Assembly (NCBI GenBank): GCA_965112155.1
Contig: OZ218108.1
Strand: one strand, 5' to 3'
Source of the DNA: Podarcis liolepis
Taxonomy: Eukaryota
DNA length: 64,000 nt
The notes beneath the pieces were generated by a model, which did not search any database, was not told the origin of the DNA, and saw only the letters and a program-made list of their open reading frames with translations. The position numbers and the translations under genes were made by a program. Positions 63,774 through 64,000 of this stretch are shown piece by piece; positions within the stretch are counted from its first letter, which is position 1, and each line of letters begins with the position of its first letter.

Positions 63774-63905
63774 ATGGCGGCGCTGCAGGAAGGGGGCAGG
63801 TATGGCGTGTCCTGCGGCAGAGTCACCCAGGACAACATCACGGTGCTACATGTCAAGCTGACCGAGACCGCCTTCCGAGCGCTGGAGAGCTACCAGGGGA
63901 GCAAG
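63774..63905 (+). CDS. ELL2: RNA polymerase II elongation factor ELL2, coding exon 1 (44 codons, phase-0 donor); gene continues beyond the window
   Basis: Manual translation from ATG 63774 gives [44 protein letters not shown] followed by AAG|GTGAGG. This matches the ELL-family N-terminus, and [15 protein letters not shown] matches ELL2 rather than ELL as I recall them. Strong Kozak context (aagATGg), inside a CpG island. Confidence 0.93.
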
Positions 63906-64000
63906 GTGAGGGGCGCCCCGGGGTCGACGGTCGTCCTCACTCGCTCGGGCTGGGACGCCCGGGCTGGGAAGAGGGACACGCAGCCGGCGCAAGGGGCGTG

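Larger units (their letters stand above)
63280..64000 (+). promoter_or_regulatory. CpG island / ELL2 promoter and 5' region
   Basis: Abrupt rise in GC and CpG content. Full CRE TGACGTCA 63306-63313, GC box 63321-63330, E2F-type TTTCGCGC 63362-63369, CCAAT 63394-63398, GGGGCGTGG KLF/SP motifs, CRE-like TACGTCA 63632-63638, and YY1-type AAGATGGCGGC over the ATG. Confidence 0.9.

Noticed and set aside
63289-63856. GC-rich ORFs 63289-63663 (+), 63449-63772 (+, as a full 107 aa) and 63506-63856 (-)
   Set aside because: Low-complexity Gly/Ala/Arg products expected in a CpG island; the + ORFs use non-ATG starts. The real CDS begins at 63774. Only the ATG-initiated part of the second was kept, as a candidate uORF.

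Overview
Vertebrate genomic DNA, almost certainly from a squamate reptile. The repeat set (Sauria SINEs, Bov-B, CR1, L2, tRNA/CR1-tail SINEs) suggests a lacertid lizard; that assignment is inferred. About 63 kb is repeat-rich intergenic sequence, ending in the CpG-island promoter and first coding exon of ELL2 (+ strand, ATG 63774, GT donor after 63905), which the ORF track misses. The only long ORF (27591-29987, minus strand) is ORF2 of a 5'-truncated CR1 LINE with a premature stop and an in-frame deletion in the RT domain. Many transposon insertions can be delimited by eye from their target-site duplications (TSDs): eight TA-flanked Tc1/mariner-type MITEs, about a dozen hAT-type elements, three Sauria SINEs, Bov-B and L2 fragments, and several solo LTRs. 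The most notable structure is a 223-bp Penelope-like insertion (31462-31684) with a 12-bp TSD. It is largely a perfect 89-bp inverted repeat, and each arm carries a minimal hammerhead-ribozyme motif. Also notable is a 41-codon upstream ORF in strong Kozak context whose stop lies one base before the ELL2 start codon. I found no convincing evidence of a wholly new multi-gene system. All family assignments come from recalled consensus features, not database searches, and boundaries of old repeats are approximate.
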